64,000 bases of DNA. Origin: the human T2T-CHM13v2.0 reference genome, Homo sapiens. Position numbers and translations under genes: made by a program. The stretch lies in NCBI RefSeq assembly GCF_009914755.1, contig NC_060926.1; one strand, written 5' to 3'. The notes below the pieces were generated by a model. That model worked only from the letters and a program-made list of their open reading frames with translations, was not told the DNA's origin and ran no database searches. This document shows, piece after piece, positions 1 to 13,082 of this stretch (positions within the stretch are counted from its first letter, which is position 1; each line of letters opens with the position of its first letter).

Positions 1-1069
1 GATTGATATTTTACCTTCTTTTGCCATGCTTTCCCCCTCCCATCTGACTGCTAAAATTTATGTTAATTTTATTTTCATCATTTTAAATGTCATTTGTCTT
101 CTCAAAAGAACATCCTCTTTACTTAATGGCATCAGTTAGGAAAAAGAAAGGTAAGTAATATATATGCATCGCAGAGACAGATACGGAGTGAAAGGAGTGA
201 ACATATAATTTTAAAGGAGTGACTGCAACTGAACTGAAAGCTCCCTACACGTCCATGAAAAGAACAAGTGATTTTTTTCATCACGAATCAAGACAGTACT
301 GAATGTATGACTTTTAATTCAGCATCTGTATTTCTAAAGTCACCATAATTATAAGCCAGAAACACTTCCAGATATTTATGAAACAAATAAAATGAACAAA
401 TTGTCTTCAAAGTATCCAATGAAAGAGGGCTTGAAGCTATGTGAAGAATAATTACTCAAAGCACTAGGTCCATCTTTACCATGGCATTAATGCCAGGATC
501 CATCTACAACATATTGTGTGGGGGCAGCTTCTTGATTCCCCATTTTGCCCGGCATGTCCTATCACCTGACAATCAATAAGTTCACAATTCATACCTTAGA
601 TATATTTTCACATATTTCCCTTCCCATATATGTATTAACACTTTCAAATAATCGGAATCCTTCCCTTTTTCTTTTTCGTAAGTCAATCAGTATTAACAGC
701 CCTCTTCTTCTGTTAGTCATAATAACAGAAAATATAAATGAGATGACAAAAAATATAAATGGCTCCTACTGGAGATAATAATAAACAGGAAATCTTGAGC
801 TAACATTCAGTTTTGACTATGCAAAAATCCAAGTTTGCACACTGTCCACACAGCCTATTAAAAGGGGATTATGCAGATAATCATCATTTCCTGGTCTACC
901 CAAATTCAATCTTGATATTTAGGCTGTGCTATTTGTGACATTTTATAAACCCCTATTTTCTGATTATATATTTAATGTGGGCTTATGTACAAAACTGTTG
1001 TTGAATCCTTTGTCTTGTGTATTCTCTAAGGTTTATTATATAAAAAACTATTTGATTAATGTTTAAAAC

Positions 1070-1240
1070 CACTTATTCATTTATTATCCATTTAAGCAAC
1101 ACATATTTGAAAACCCAGGTGGCACATGTTCCTTAGACAGTGGGTAACTAGGAAACAAAAGAGGGAGAATCCTTCCTCTAATCAATCTTACAATCCAGTA
1201 GGAAAGAGAGTCAACCAAGTAGTGAACAAATAAATAAGAG
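1070..1240 (-). mobile_element. L2 LINE 3' fragment
   Basis: Degenerate antisense L2 tail (ttattcatttattatccattt) followed by L2-like 'cttacaatccagtagg'; boundaries approximate. Confidence 0.5.
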
Positions 1241-1449
1241 CAGTAAAAATATTTATCTCACTTGATATGTTCTATCAAACTTCCCTTTCATCAGGTAGTA
1301 AGAATTACATGGTTTATTGTATTATTTATTTTATATGTAACTTTATTTCATATTTATATTTAAAATTTATATGATTCAATATTATGTAATATCATAATTA
1401 TATTAATTAAAGGCCTTCAAGAGGAAGAATGACATAAAAACAGAAAGGG

Positions 1450-1612
1450 TTGGGTATCAAAAGATCTGAGTTTAACTTTCACATCTTCAGTTTTACTTGT
1501 GAGATCTCTGTGTTAAACCTCTGGGTTCTCATCTCAATATGAAATGAAACAACACCCGCCCTTTTTATTTTATTGTTTTCAGAAACAAATAATATCATGT
1601 ACATGAAGGTTA
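1450..1612 (+). mobile_element. MIR SINE fragment
   Basis: Degenerate MIR core 'ttaaacctctgggttctcatctcaatatgaaatg'. Confidence 0.5.
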
Positions 1613-1623
1613 ACATATGTAAT

Positions 1624-1970
1624 TACTATGATCTGAATGTTTGTGTACCCCCAAACCTAATTCCCAATGTGAGGGTATTTTGAGGTGAGGCTCCTCGGAG
1701 GTGATTAGGTCTTGAAGTGGATCCCTCATGAATGTGCTTTGTGCCCTTTTTACAGAGGCCTCAGAGAACCCTTTCCTCTTTCACCATGTGAGGACACAGC
1801 AAGAAGGCACAGTCTATGAATCAGAAAGCAGGTCCTCAGCAGACACGAACCTGCCAGTGTTATGATTTTGAACTTCTCAGTCTGGAGAAATATGGGAAAT
1901 AAATTTCTGTTTTTTCATAAGCCACCTAGTTTATAGTATTTTCTTATAGAAGCCCAAATAGACCAAGACA
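1624..1970 (+). mobile_element. MLT1A0-like MaLR solo LTR
   Basis: Resembles MLT1A0 over its whole length (ctatgatctgaatgtttgtg...catgtgaggacacagcaagaagg...gaccaagaca); perfect 5-bp TSD GTAAT at 1619-1623 and 1971-1975. Confidence 0.9.
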
Positions 1971-2139
1971 GTAATCTAGAAATATAAGACATTAAGGAAT
2001 CTTTGCTCAATTAAAGAAATAAATTGAACTAGATTTATTTTCTCTCTTAAAGCTATGATGGATACATTCCTGGATATACAAGAGCAGATATATTTTATGT
2101 ATTGCATTAAAGTTTCACTAAATCATTTTGAAATAAAAT

Positions 2140-2430
2140 ATTAAATTATAGAATTGGAAAAAAGCTTAAAGATTATCTATCACCCAGCACTTAAAATCTT
2201 ATCCATAACTACCACATAATACAAACCAAGCTTTTAATCTCTTTAGTGATGGAGAACTTAGAACTTACTGGAAATAATTTATTGTGACCATTCAAAATTA
2301 TGTTAATAATTATTTCCTAATTTGGAGCTGGATGTCTCTTGTGAGCTTTTGCCAAATGGATCTAACTTAAAACACTAGAACTATATGTCCAGGTTGCACA
2401 CTACAGAAGGGTACAGAGTAATGGGCCATT
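2140..2430 (-). mobile_element. L3/CR1 LINE fragment
   Basis: Resembles antisense L3 3' region (agtgatggagaactt...ttatttcctaatttggagctgg). Confidence 0.4.
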
Positions 2431-2743
2431 GTTCTGACTGTAAACATCATAGATATGTATGTTTATTGTGACAATTCTTCTGGCCAATAAAAGTAAAATA
2501 AATTAAGAAATAAATATCTTTTTCAATTTTTTGTACAAGCATGACTTGTTCTAACAGTAACACAGTTTTATTATTTGTTGTCATCCAGATAAAAGCCCAT
2601 TCCTCCTCTGTATGAGTATTTTTCAGATATTTTATTTTGACCAAGATGGTTCCCAGAGCCTGTAGATTATGTCTTTGAAAGAAAATAACGTTTTTTATCT
2701 CTGAATCATGTAACCCACATTGTTCAATATAAAAATAAATGTA

Positions 2744-3081
<338 letters not shown>

Positions 3082-3907
3082 TTAAAAGCACTTAACTACT
3101 TATATGACATTCAATTTTTTTCTCCATCTCTTTTTTACTGTGGAACTGCATTGGCATTTTAACATGCTATATTTTGAAGAATCAATTATCAATAAACCAC
3201 ATTAAAATGTAACAGTTTCTTATACAATTTCAGATATTGCTCAGTTGACACAAAATGGCACTTCTTATAACACTCCATGTCATTCCCTACAATTTCATAG
3301 GAACTTCCACTGTCTGTTAAAAAATCCAAAATTTCACCTTCTAAAAAATATTCTTATCAGATGTGTATATATCAGCAACATTTGGTGTAATTCAGTTTAA
3401 TCAAATTTTTGAGTAAACGATTAACTATTAAAATGCAACCTTTGTATGTGTCTGATTCTAAATAGATGGTGAATGTGGCAGGATAACTTAATTTTATCTA
3501 AAGCTTACAGCACAAAGGGAAGAGAGATGGAGCCAGAATAACTAAAAGGTATGGTCCTTAGCAAATATTTTATTGCTGTCTGCCCATCTATCTTTAACCA
3601 ACCCAGCTCTGTTCTTCTTTTTTGAATCAATTTCTATATATTTTTTATTAGAACCAGACTGTACTTCTAAAACTATACATATGTTTGTTAAATAAGAAAA
3701 GATACTGCAATTTTTACTGCGAACTGCAGTAAAATTAAGTATTAACATAGTTCCAAAGCACATGCCTTAAAAGTGCAAGTTTGCTTTCTAGCCAGGACAA
3801 TTTCCCAGGGCAAATCACCAATCTTTGTTCTTTATTTCTTAAGCCAATTTTGGACTTATTCAAGAGCCATATTTGGATACACTGACTTTAAAAAAATACA
3901 AATGAAT

Positions 3908-4830
3908 TTTGTTAATTTACTCAACAAATACTAAGAGTCTACTCTTTCTAGGCAGAAGTGGTTCCTACACTTGGAAATAAGTAGATAATGAAGAAGAAGA
4001 AGAAAATATAAGACAGTTACATACTGGCAATAGGAAAAACGAAACAAGAAAATGTGGCAGTGATGAAAGTGATGGTATTTTATTAGATAGGCAGTCAAGG
4101 AAGTTCTCTTTGAGAGATGGCATTTCAGATGGTTACCTGGAAGACCCATAAAACAGGGGACAGAGTATTTGGGGACAATGGAGTAGCTAATGCAAATGAG
4201 CTGACAGAAGGTGTCGGTATCTCTCAGGCTTTCTAGGTGAGGTTGGGAGAGATTGGATTTTATTTTTAAGTGTGATGTGAAGTCATTGGAGAGTTTTAAG
4301 GAGAAAAATTACATGATCTTATCTTCATTTAAAAAATATCACTCTGGTCACAATGTGATTTTAGATTGTACATAAAGGCAGAAATCAATTAGGAGGTTAT
4401 GCCAACACTGTGAATGTTGGAGGAGTGAGAGTGCAAGTAAGGAGATAAGTTAGAAGGAGATTATGGGTGTCTGGAGTAAAATGGCAGTTGTCAAGATAGA
4501 ACTGAGCAGGTTTAGGGAAAGAGCACAGGGGTATGGTGAGGTAAAGGAAGGAGTAGAATGCTTTAATGGTAAATCCTAGACAATTTTGACTTGGGTAAGT
4601 AAGTCAATGCTTGGCTTGGGCAAACTGTGCATTTGAGGGGGGTGACAAAGATTGGGAGAGAGGCACATTTTGGCATGTTTGAAACTGTCTCTGAGTAACA
4701 GAAACACACATGTTTAGTTGATAGTTTGCTATTTAAAAAAAAATGGAGTTGAGGGCTATTCAGTGAGTAAGGTTAGAGGCATAAGCTTGAGAGTCACCAT
4801 CATGGATGGTATTTAATGCCAAGGAAGTTG
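3908..4830 (-). mobile_element. L2 LINE fragment
   Basis: Antisense L2 motifs: tactcaacaaata, gtcaaggaagttctctttgagag, gaagtcattggagagttttaag, gagagtcaccatcatggatggtatttaatgcc. Confidence 0.75.
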
Positions 4831-4964
4831 GCAATACAAAAAGCCATAGGATATATTTTAATGTGAATGCATATTTTGCCTTCTATCTTTTGCTTTGTGG
4901 TTCTTATTTTATTTCCTCTTCATCCTCTCCTATTTGCTGTATTGTTGGAAAGTTGTTTTGACAC

Positions 4965-5300
4965 ATTTATTTTTAAATATATTCTTAAATAAGACACGTA
5001 TATGGTAAAACAAATGTTTTTGTTTAAGTAAAAAGGTACACAGAATGAAAAGTAAGCCCCTCTCCTTACTCTGTCCTTAATCACACACTTCCTCTCAGGA
5101 AAAACAATTCAGTCTGTAGTTTATACATATAGAAAACTATATGTGTAGGAGTGTATGAAATATATTATTTATTCATTATTTATTTCACTGAGTAGTAGAT
5201 TCAAAAGTTTTCGGCCTAAGGTGCATTTTGTGGTGTGCCATAATTTATTTATCTAGTCTACCAAAGGACATTGGGGTTATTCGTATCGTTTTGTTATTCT
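4965..5300 (-). mobile_element. Old L1M (L1ME/MC-type) 3' fragment
   Basis: gaaaagtaagcccctctcc...gtgtgccataatttatttatctagtc...ggacattggggtt resembles antisense L1M 3' UTR. Confidence 0.5.
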
Positions 5301-6464
5301 CCCCTATTTCTACATCATCGGGTTTTTGCTTCTTTATTTTTTCTTTACCTCTAGCTACAACCCCATCTTTTGGTTCCATTTTACATCAAACTCTTTGGAA
5401 GTACTGACCATAATTATTCTTTCTCCTTTTTCCTATCTTGCTATGTCTCATGTGTTTTGGTTCATTTCTGTAATGATTTTACTGTTACCTTCCATGTTTT
5501 TCTGATCCCTGTCCCTTCAGTTGGCTTTTGCCTGCTATGTTCTTTTTCTCTTGTTTGCTTTACATCAACTCTGTACATATTCATTTTGATATGAGCATTT
5601 TTCACGTGCATTTTTCATTTGTGAATGAAAGCCATCCTATTCTGGCCTGCTCTTTGTACATGTAATGGACAGAGACACTCAATAGCTTCTAATAGGGATT
5701 GTTTTCTCAGAACATCTTCCAAATAGGTAGACTAGGTTCCCTGCCCTGGAGGCACATCCCTCTCGGTCTCCTCCAGAGGAAGCATATGCCCTAGACGCCA
5801 GGTCAACATGTGTTGTGCATGTCTTATCTTGATTTCTCAGGGTGACTTAGTATTTATGTCTGTTCAGTTGAATTTAGCTAGCTAATGCAAGGTGATTTCT
5901 TTTTCTCTCCATTTTTTCTCATTTACAAATTATTTGTCATGGTAGGAATCACGGTTGGGGGCATAAATGAATCATGGTTGGGGACATAAATGAGACATGT
6001 TTGGCATCACTTTTTTCTCCCCTACTCCTCTGAAGCACTATGGTGTAAAACCAGATTTCCACGTCACTCTTACTCTGGCCAGCCCACATCCCCAGCCTTC
6101 ACCATTCCAAGAAATGAATCACTGGGTGGTTCCTCGGGATGCTACCAATGTTTTCAGAGAAATAAGCACCCTGTTTGAGATCTCGAGACATATTATAGGC
6201 TTTCAGCTTTTTCCTATTTTGTTCCTTAAAGGGATTTTATAAATTATTTCTGTTTATTATGGTAATTTTGATTATTTTCATGAAAGGAACAGAGCAAAAA
6301 CTGCTGTTCTCTTCAGACTTTTGTTCGTTTTCAGTAATCTACAATTCTTCAGTATTCCAGGTATTCTTTCTCAGAAAATGAGCTCATTTCCTACCAAGCA
6401 GGAGAAACTGATTTCAATTTCCTGACCTCCTACTTATACAAGTATCCCCACCTGCCCCTTCTTC

Positions 6465-6655
6465 TACAGAATCTGTGCTAACATTTTGCATACATCACTT
6501 CATTTAATCATTACCTCTGTGGAATAGGGATTATTATTACTGTTATATAAACAATGAAACTGAGGCTAACATAAATTCAGTATTCTGAAGTTACACAGTT
6601 ACTGGTGGAGCCCAGTAAATCAAGCCCAAATTTGACTCTAAATACTATGCACTAG
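6465..6655 (-). mobile_element. MIR SINE
   Basis: Antisense MIR core 'tgaaactgaggct...gttacacagttac...ttgactctaaa'. Confidence 0.75.
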
Positions 6656-7174
6656 GCACTATTTAATCACATGAATTAAATTTTTAGATTTAATGGATAT
6701 TTTATTATACAATTGACTATTATACAGACCAAACATTGGAAGCCATTTATACAACAGGCTACACTAAGAATTGGACTTTCATAGATATTATATTTAAATG
6801 CTTGTTTGCTTTCATGGAGAATGATTTGAGGGCTGAATAACAAAGATGTAACAGTGTTTAGTTGTGTGTTGTGTGAAATTATAGGTGTTCAGTAAATGCT
6901 CATTTTTCTTTTGTTAATATCATGCCAAACATCACTGACCAAGCAAAAATTATCAAATAATTGGCTCAGGATATCAATTAACACCCTTTAATTGTACTAA
7001 CAGTGTAGCCACCTACCCAGTTCCCCATGAGGGGAAATTTAAAATTATCTTGATATTTAAAAACCTTTGGTTTACTTTCTCATATCTGTACAACACAATC
7101 CAAAATCACCAAGTGGTTTCCTGAGGCTAGAGAGCATGCCTGAACTTTGAAAGTCAGTGGGGTGTACTGGTCAT

Positions 7175-7390
7175 AATAGGGATATTTTGAGGTTAGATGC
7201 AAGTGGGGTTGAATTCCACATTTGGCATTTATTTGTTATTTGACTAAGAAAAGATACTTTATTTCTCTGAGCTTGTTGTACATTTTCTTTGTAAAGGAAA
7301 ATTTAAGAAAAATATGATTGATATGAGAATTAAATTGTATAAAGTGAGAGAATGTATATATGCATAAAGTAGGGTTTCAACTAGTTTCTA
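7175..7390 (+). mobile_element. MIR SINE
   Basis: gggttgaattccac...tttctctgagcttg...tgagaattaaatt. Confidence 0.6.
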
Positions 7391-8597
7391 TTTCTTTTCT
7401 ATATAATTGTATTGCATCTTTTGCCACCCAAACCAGTAGGTGTTTTTTTTTTTTTTAATTTCTAACAGCCAGTAAGCTGACAAAATACTTGAGATTTTAC
7501 GGTCATGAAATAATACAACAGAGAATCCTAAAAGGCTGGGGAAACATTACACAAGAAACATTTTACTCCATAAGATGTGTCCCAAACACTATGCAATGTG
7601 CAAAAAGATTCTCAAACCCTTGGTAAAAATGCAACGGTAAAGAGACCTTCATAGGCATACATTCAAATACTAATACATTTTACACACTCACACACACCCA
7701 CACACTAACTTTGCCAACAATTCAACTGAATTGTCCAATAAGAGATTTCTGAAAGAAGAAGGTAAAAAGAAGATAGCATTAGAAATACTTTTTCTAGAAA
7801 AAAATAAAATTGCTTGAAGCCTTTCAAAGGGCAAATGGAAGAGCCCTTATCAAGGAAAGCTATTTCACTGCTTGAAGAATTTTTTATGAGCCCAGTAAAG
7901 GAGAAAAGAAAAAAAGTTAATATATATGGGCTTGAAAGAAAACCTGAGTGATAAAGGGCATTTCAATGTTTAATATTTATGTGATAGCTATGTCATACTC
8001 ATAACCCTGATATGATGGAAATCAATAATTTCTCAACTAGCAAAGAATTCTGCACTTTTTTGTTTGTTTTGCCTTTATATGTAACTGAGATCAGACATGC
8101 ACTGGGCACAAAGTGACATTCAGTTTGCAGGCGTCCCAGTCCCAGTTCTTTTAGCACAAATCCCTCATGGACAGTGGAGGGACCACCTCCACTGGATTAT
8201 CCAGGCAGCTCATACCAATTCTCTACTTGCAAGCCCCTGATCCACAGTATAGCAGAAGAAAGTTGCATTAAATGCAAAGAAAATTAGCACACTGAAAACG
8301 TTCCTTATTAAGCAAAAGTGCATTTCAATAGCTCAATGACTCATATTAAACATCCCCCAATATCATGAATATTTCTCTTGCTGGCATCCTCCATCTGTAG
8401 GTCCCATGACATTTGCTACCAGACCCTCTCTTGCTTGTGTCCGTACTTCATCTCAAGCCTGGATGCATGACTGGTATGCTCAGCTACACTGGCCTCTGCT
8501 AATGCATTTGGAGCACTTATGTCCCAGTGTTTCCTCCTAACAGACCTACATACTCTCTCAGCCGTCCTGGATGCCCAGAACTTCCTCTGAGTACCTT

Positions 8598-10300
8598 TGT
8601 GTTAGTCAATTTGCATTGCTGTAAAGATACCCGGCCAGGAGCAGTGACTCATGCCTCTAATTCCAGCACTTTGGGAGGCCAAGGTGGGCAGATCACCTGA
8701 GGTTGGGAGTTCAAGACCAGCCTGACGAAAATGGAGAAATGCCATCTCTACTCAAAATACAAAATTAGCCTGGTGTGGTGGTGCATACCTGTAATCCCAG
8801 CTACTCAGGAGGCTGAGGCAGGAGAATCACTTGAAATCAGGAAGCAGGGGTTTCAGTGAGCCAAGATCATGCCATTGCACTCTAGCCCGGGCAACAAGAG
8901 CAAAACTCCATCTCAAAAAACAAAAAAACCTAAACATACCTGGGACTGAAATCTAGTTGGAAGCTGCCAAACCTCCTTCACTCTTCAATTCTGTGCACCT
9001 GCAGGCTTAACACCTCGTGGAAGCCATCAAGGCTTACAGCTTGTGCCCTCTGAAGCAGCAGAGGCCAGAGCAGTGCCTGGTGTGCTTTGAGCCAGGTTGA
9101 AGTTGGAGTGGCTGGGATGTGGGGAGCAGCCTCCTGAAGTGGTGCAGGGCAATACACCCTAGGTATGGCCACCAAAATCATTCTTTACTCCTAGGTCTCT
9201 GGGACTGTGATGGGAGGGACTGCTTGGAAGATCTCTGAAATGCTTTCAAGGCCTTTTGCCATTGTCTTAACTATTAGCACTTGGTTCCCTTTTAATCATG
9301 TGAATCTCTCTAGCAAGTGATTACTCCATGGGCTGCTTGAATTCCTCTCCTGAAAACACTTTTTCTTTTCCTACCACATAACCAGGCTGCAAATTTTCCA
9401 AACTTTTCACTTTGCTTCCCTTTTGATTACAAGTTCCAACTTTAGTCATTTCTTTGCTTCCATATCTGATATAGGCTGTTAGAAGCAGGCATGTCACATC
9501 TTGAGTACTTTTCTACATGGAAATTTCTTGCAGCAGATATTCTAAATCATCACTCCTTGGTTCTAACTTCCACAGATCTCTATGGCATGGACACAATGCA
9601 ACAAAGTTCTTTCCTGGGATATAACATGGGTGACCTTTGCTCTAGTTCCCAATAAATTCCTCATTTCCATCTGAGACGGCATCAGCTTGGACTTCACTGT
9701 CTATATTTCTATTAGAATTTTGGTCACAACCATTTAACAAGTCTCTAAGAAGTTCCAAACTTTCCCTCATCTTCCTGTCTTCTGAGCCCTCCAAATTCTT
9801 CCAAACTCTGCTTGTTACCCAGTTCCAAATCTGCTTCTTCATTTTCAGGTGCCTTAATAGTGATACACAACTCCTTGATACTAATTTTCTGTGTTCATCC
9901 ATTTGCACTGCTGTAAAAGTATCTGAGACTGAGTAATTTATAAATAAAAGAGATTTATTTGACTCACAGTTTTGAAGGCTGTGCGAGCAGCATGGTGCTA
10001 GAATCTGCTTCTGGAGAGGCCTCAGGAAACTTACAGTCACAGCAGAAGGCAAAGGTGGAGCTGGTGTATCACATGGTGAGAGCAACCAAGAGAAAGAGGA
10101 GGAGGTGCCGGGATCTTTTAAACAACCCGCTCTCTCATGAAATAAGAGTGAGAACTCACTTATCACCAAGGATGTAGCACTAAGCTATTCAGGAGGGATC
10201 TTCCCCCATGACCCAAACTCTCCCACCAGGCCCCGCCTCCAACCCTGGGGATTACCTTTCATCATAAGATTTAGAGTGAACAAACATCCAAGCCATATCG
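8598..10300 (-). mobile_element. MST (MSTB-like) MaLR provirus with internal deletion: 3' LTR stub 8598-8948 (Alu-interrupted), internal 8949-9889, intact 5' LTR ~9890-10300
   Basis: The LTR end tgtgttagtcaatttgcattgctgtaaag recurs at ~9890 as tgtgttcatccatttgcactgctgtaaaag; THE1/MST-type internal sequence between; perfect TSD ACCTT at 8593-8597 and 10301-10305. Confidence 0.9.
8633..8930 (+). mobile_element. AluSp nested in the MST LTR stub
   Basis: Sp-type diagnostics (gaggttggg...cctgacgaaaatggagaaa; gcaacaagagcaaaactcc); TSD taaagatacc/taaacatacc. Confidence 0.93.
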
Positions 10301-10378
10301 ACCTTATGTATTAACAGGGGAAATAATTAACATTTCTTCTGTTATCTGGCCAGTAATGGAATTTAGAGTAAGTGAGAA

Positions 10379-10458
10379 GACTCATGGGCTTAAGCAATCC
10401 TCCTGCCTCAGCCTCTCAAAGTGCTGGGATTACAGATACGAGCCACGGATCCTGGCCT
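10379..10458 (-). mobile_element. Alu (J/FLAM-type) left-arm fragment
   Basis: gggcttaagcaatcctcctgcctcagcctctcaaagtgctgggattacag. Confidence 0.85.
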
Positions 10459-10469
10459 ACTCATAAACT

Positions 10470-11520
10470 TCCATTTTTATGCTTAATCTCTGCTACTTTT
10501 GTGGTTACTCTTGTGGTTACTTTTGTGGTAATGTTAGATAACCTAAAATTCTTAGCTCATTAATCTTCAGCCTTTTAGCTTTTCTAATATGATCTGTATT
10601 GTAATGTCTCTAAGTTTCCTCTCTGTACAACTTTAGATGTATAAGTTTTGAGATATATTTTATTATTACTTAAAGTTATTTTTAATTTTTATTATGAGTT
10701 CTTCTTTGGCCACTCAGTTATTTGAAGTGTTTTTGTGAATTTTCAAATGTATAGTTTTCTTTTTTTACATTTTCCCTGTTGATATCTAGGCTAACTTCCC
10801 CATAAAGAACATGGTACAGATGAGACAAGGAAACCTGAGAACATGTTTATGTGATACTAGTGTTTCTAGTGGTATAATCCAGAATGTAACCAATTCTTGT
10901 TCATTTACTTGTATGTGTGAAAAAATACGTATTTTTCAACTGTTTGGTTCAAGGTTTTATGTGTATCTATTAGATTATATTTGTTAACTATATAGTTTAA
11001 ATATATTATATTCTGTTTTTCCATTTGCTTTGTCTATTATAAACAAAGAAAATTAATAAAATCTCTGGTCATACTGTCACATTTTAAATTTTCTACTGCA
11101 ATTTAATGTTTTATTGCTTAGTATTTTGAAATATTTTTATTAGGTTGGTGCAAAAGTAACAGCGATTTTTGCAATTAAAAGTAATGACAAAACCACAATT
11201 ACTTTTGTGCCAACTTAATAATATTTTATAAAACACATATATCTTAGGGAAAATCCAGTTTAACAATTTATTCTTTTTATTGAAGAGTATGCTACAATGA
11301 TTTGTTGGATTAATGGTACTAGCTTTTTTTCATCATCTTATTTTTCTCCTTTATTCTTTCCACTATTTGACTTCTTTCTCTTTCTTTACCTATCTTCTTT
11401 TGATTGGCTGTACTTTTTTCCATTTAACTCAAATAATCCCCTCTACTACTTTGAAAAGGTAACACTTTATTTTTTCATTGTTTAGGCTAGAAATTTTACA
11501 TGTATATTTAATAAAGTCTA
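10470..11520 (-). mobile_element. Old L1M fragments
   Basis: T-rich antisense L1-like text (ggccactcagttatttgaagtg; aaaatacgtatttttcaactgtttgg); interrupted by MADE1. Confidence 0.55.
11140..11218. mobile_element. MADE1 mariner MITE
   Basis: 79-bp near-palindrome ttaggttggtgcaaaagtaa...ttacttttgtgccaacttaa flanked by TA on both sides. Confidence 0.95.
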
Positions 11521-13082
11521 ATATCCAAAGTAGGGATTGCTAGCAATCAGGAATTTGATGAATTTATTTGCTGCCTATTAATTATTAAATGTTTTCAGCA
11601 TGGCTCTAAACTGTCATTTGTCTTTTGAGGTTTGTTGTTCCATTCTTTTAACAAAGCAGAATTGTTTTCTCTTCTATTGATTTCAAATGGATAAGACTCA
11701 GCTTGTTTTGAGAGTTAGTCCTAAGCAATTCCCCTTGGCCAAAGATATGATTGAAAGTATAAGTGCATAAGTTGATACATTTAAAAAAACAAGCCTAGAT
11801 GAGAGGCACTACTAAACCTAGGGCAAAACAAAAAGGTACTAGTACTGAAACTTCTTCCAAATAAACATTTAAGTTGGTTTTAGAATTTTCACCTTAAAGA
11901 TAGTTAGATTTTTTTTCTAAAAAATGAAAATTACAGGTACTTAATAAATAAACATATGCTTAAAACTAAAAACTCTCCATAAAGGAGAGGAAAAAAGCCA
12001 GAAAGGATTAGTAAGGTAAAGAGGTAAAGAAGGGATGCTTCAAAGCAAAACAATTCAGAAGAAAAAAGACTACAATAGTTGTTTATCACAAACCTGTGAA
12101 ACTAGACAGCAAATTTGATTGCCATTTATATATGCTGGAAAAATAAACAATTTATTTTCTCTTATAATTTTCTGAGATCAATTACTAGGCTTTCAAAATC
12201 CTCAGTCATACCAGGAGGCACATTGTATATAACTCTTCAGTCTTGTTTTTCCAGCACAAATTATCTCTCCAATAAAGTAAGTCGATGTTCTTCCAACTTA
12301 CCTTGGATCAGTTGACTTTGCATGCCTGGGATGTCCTTTTCACTCTCCGTTAAAATTATTTCTATCTCCAGGAGCTTGCCCAAGTTCCACTATTTTTATA
12401 CTAATATTTCTCTACTTTGAATTATTTTAACATCTTCAGTTTGAATGACAAGAGAGCACTTACTAATAGACTATCTTCTAAGGATTGCTACTCCTTTATT
12501 CACAGCAAAGAGTGCTTTTAACAGAGATGATGGATGTCAAAATTTACCTCTATTGCCTTGGGGAGATTTTCCAAAAAACGTGGCCTCAGTTTATACACCT
12601 GATAACTGGGTACTTAGAAAATGGTCCTTATTTTGTAAATCTCCTCTGAGACTTTAAGCATCTCTTCTTTGCTAGTGTTTATCTCCTTTTTATTAAAGTT
12701 CAAATCTTTGAGATATTTTATTATATCCTACTTTTAAAGATTTCCTCTCATTTTCAGAACAAAGCAGAGCACATACATGTGAACTATAACTAATTAACTC
12801 TGGCATTACACTGGTTAGGATAAAATTGTTTAGTCAGTTTAGCATATTTATTTCACATGAATGCACACAAATGACATTGGGAAATATATATCCACTGAAA
12901 TGTCAAGATTATTTGTAACTGCCAATTAGAACACTAAATTCTTGCTGAGTGACGTCGCTGGTAGTGGGGACGGGACTCTTTCTTCTGTTTAAAGCTGGGG
13001 AGTACAGTTAAGTATACCACCTTCCACCAGGACATGGACCTCTGAATTCCATTTACTGGATGCTCTCTGGGTAGATGCTGAG

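Noticed and set aside
9642-10169. Longest ORF (175 aa, minus strand)
   Set aside because: Lies wholly within the MST LTR and internal sequence; a chance open frame through a MaLR remnant, not a host gene
10494-10531. Three ~12-bp tandem units (tacttttgtggt); other short duplications near 23181, 35925 and 49256
   Set aside because: Ordinary slippage duplications with no spacers; not CRISPR-like
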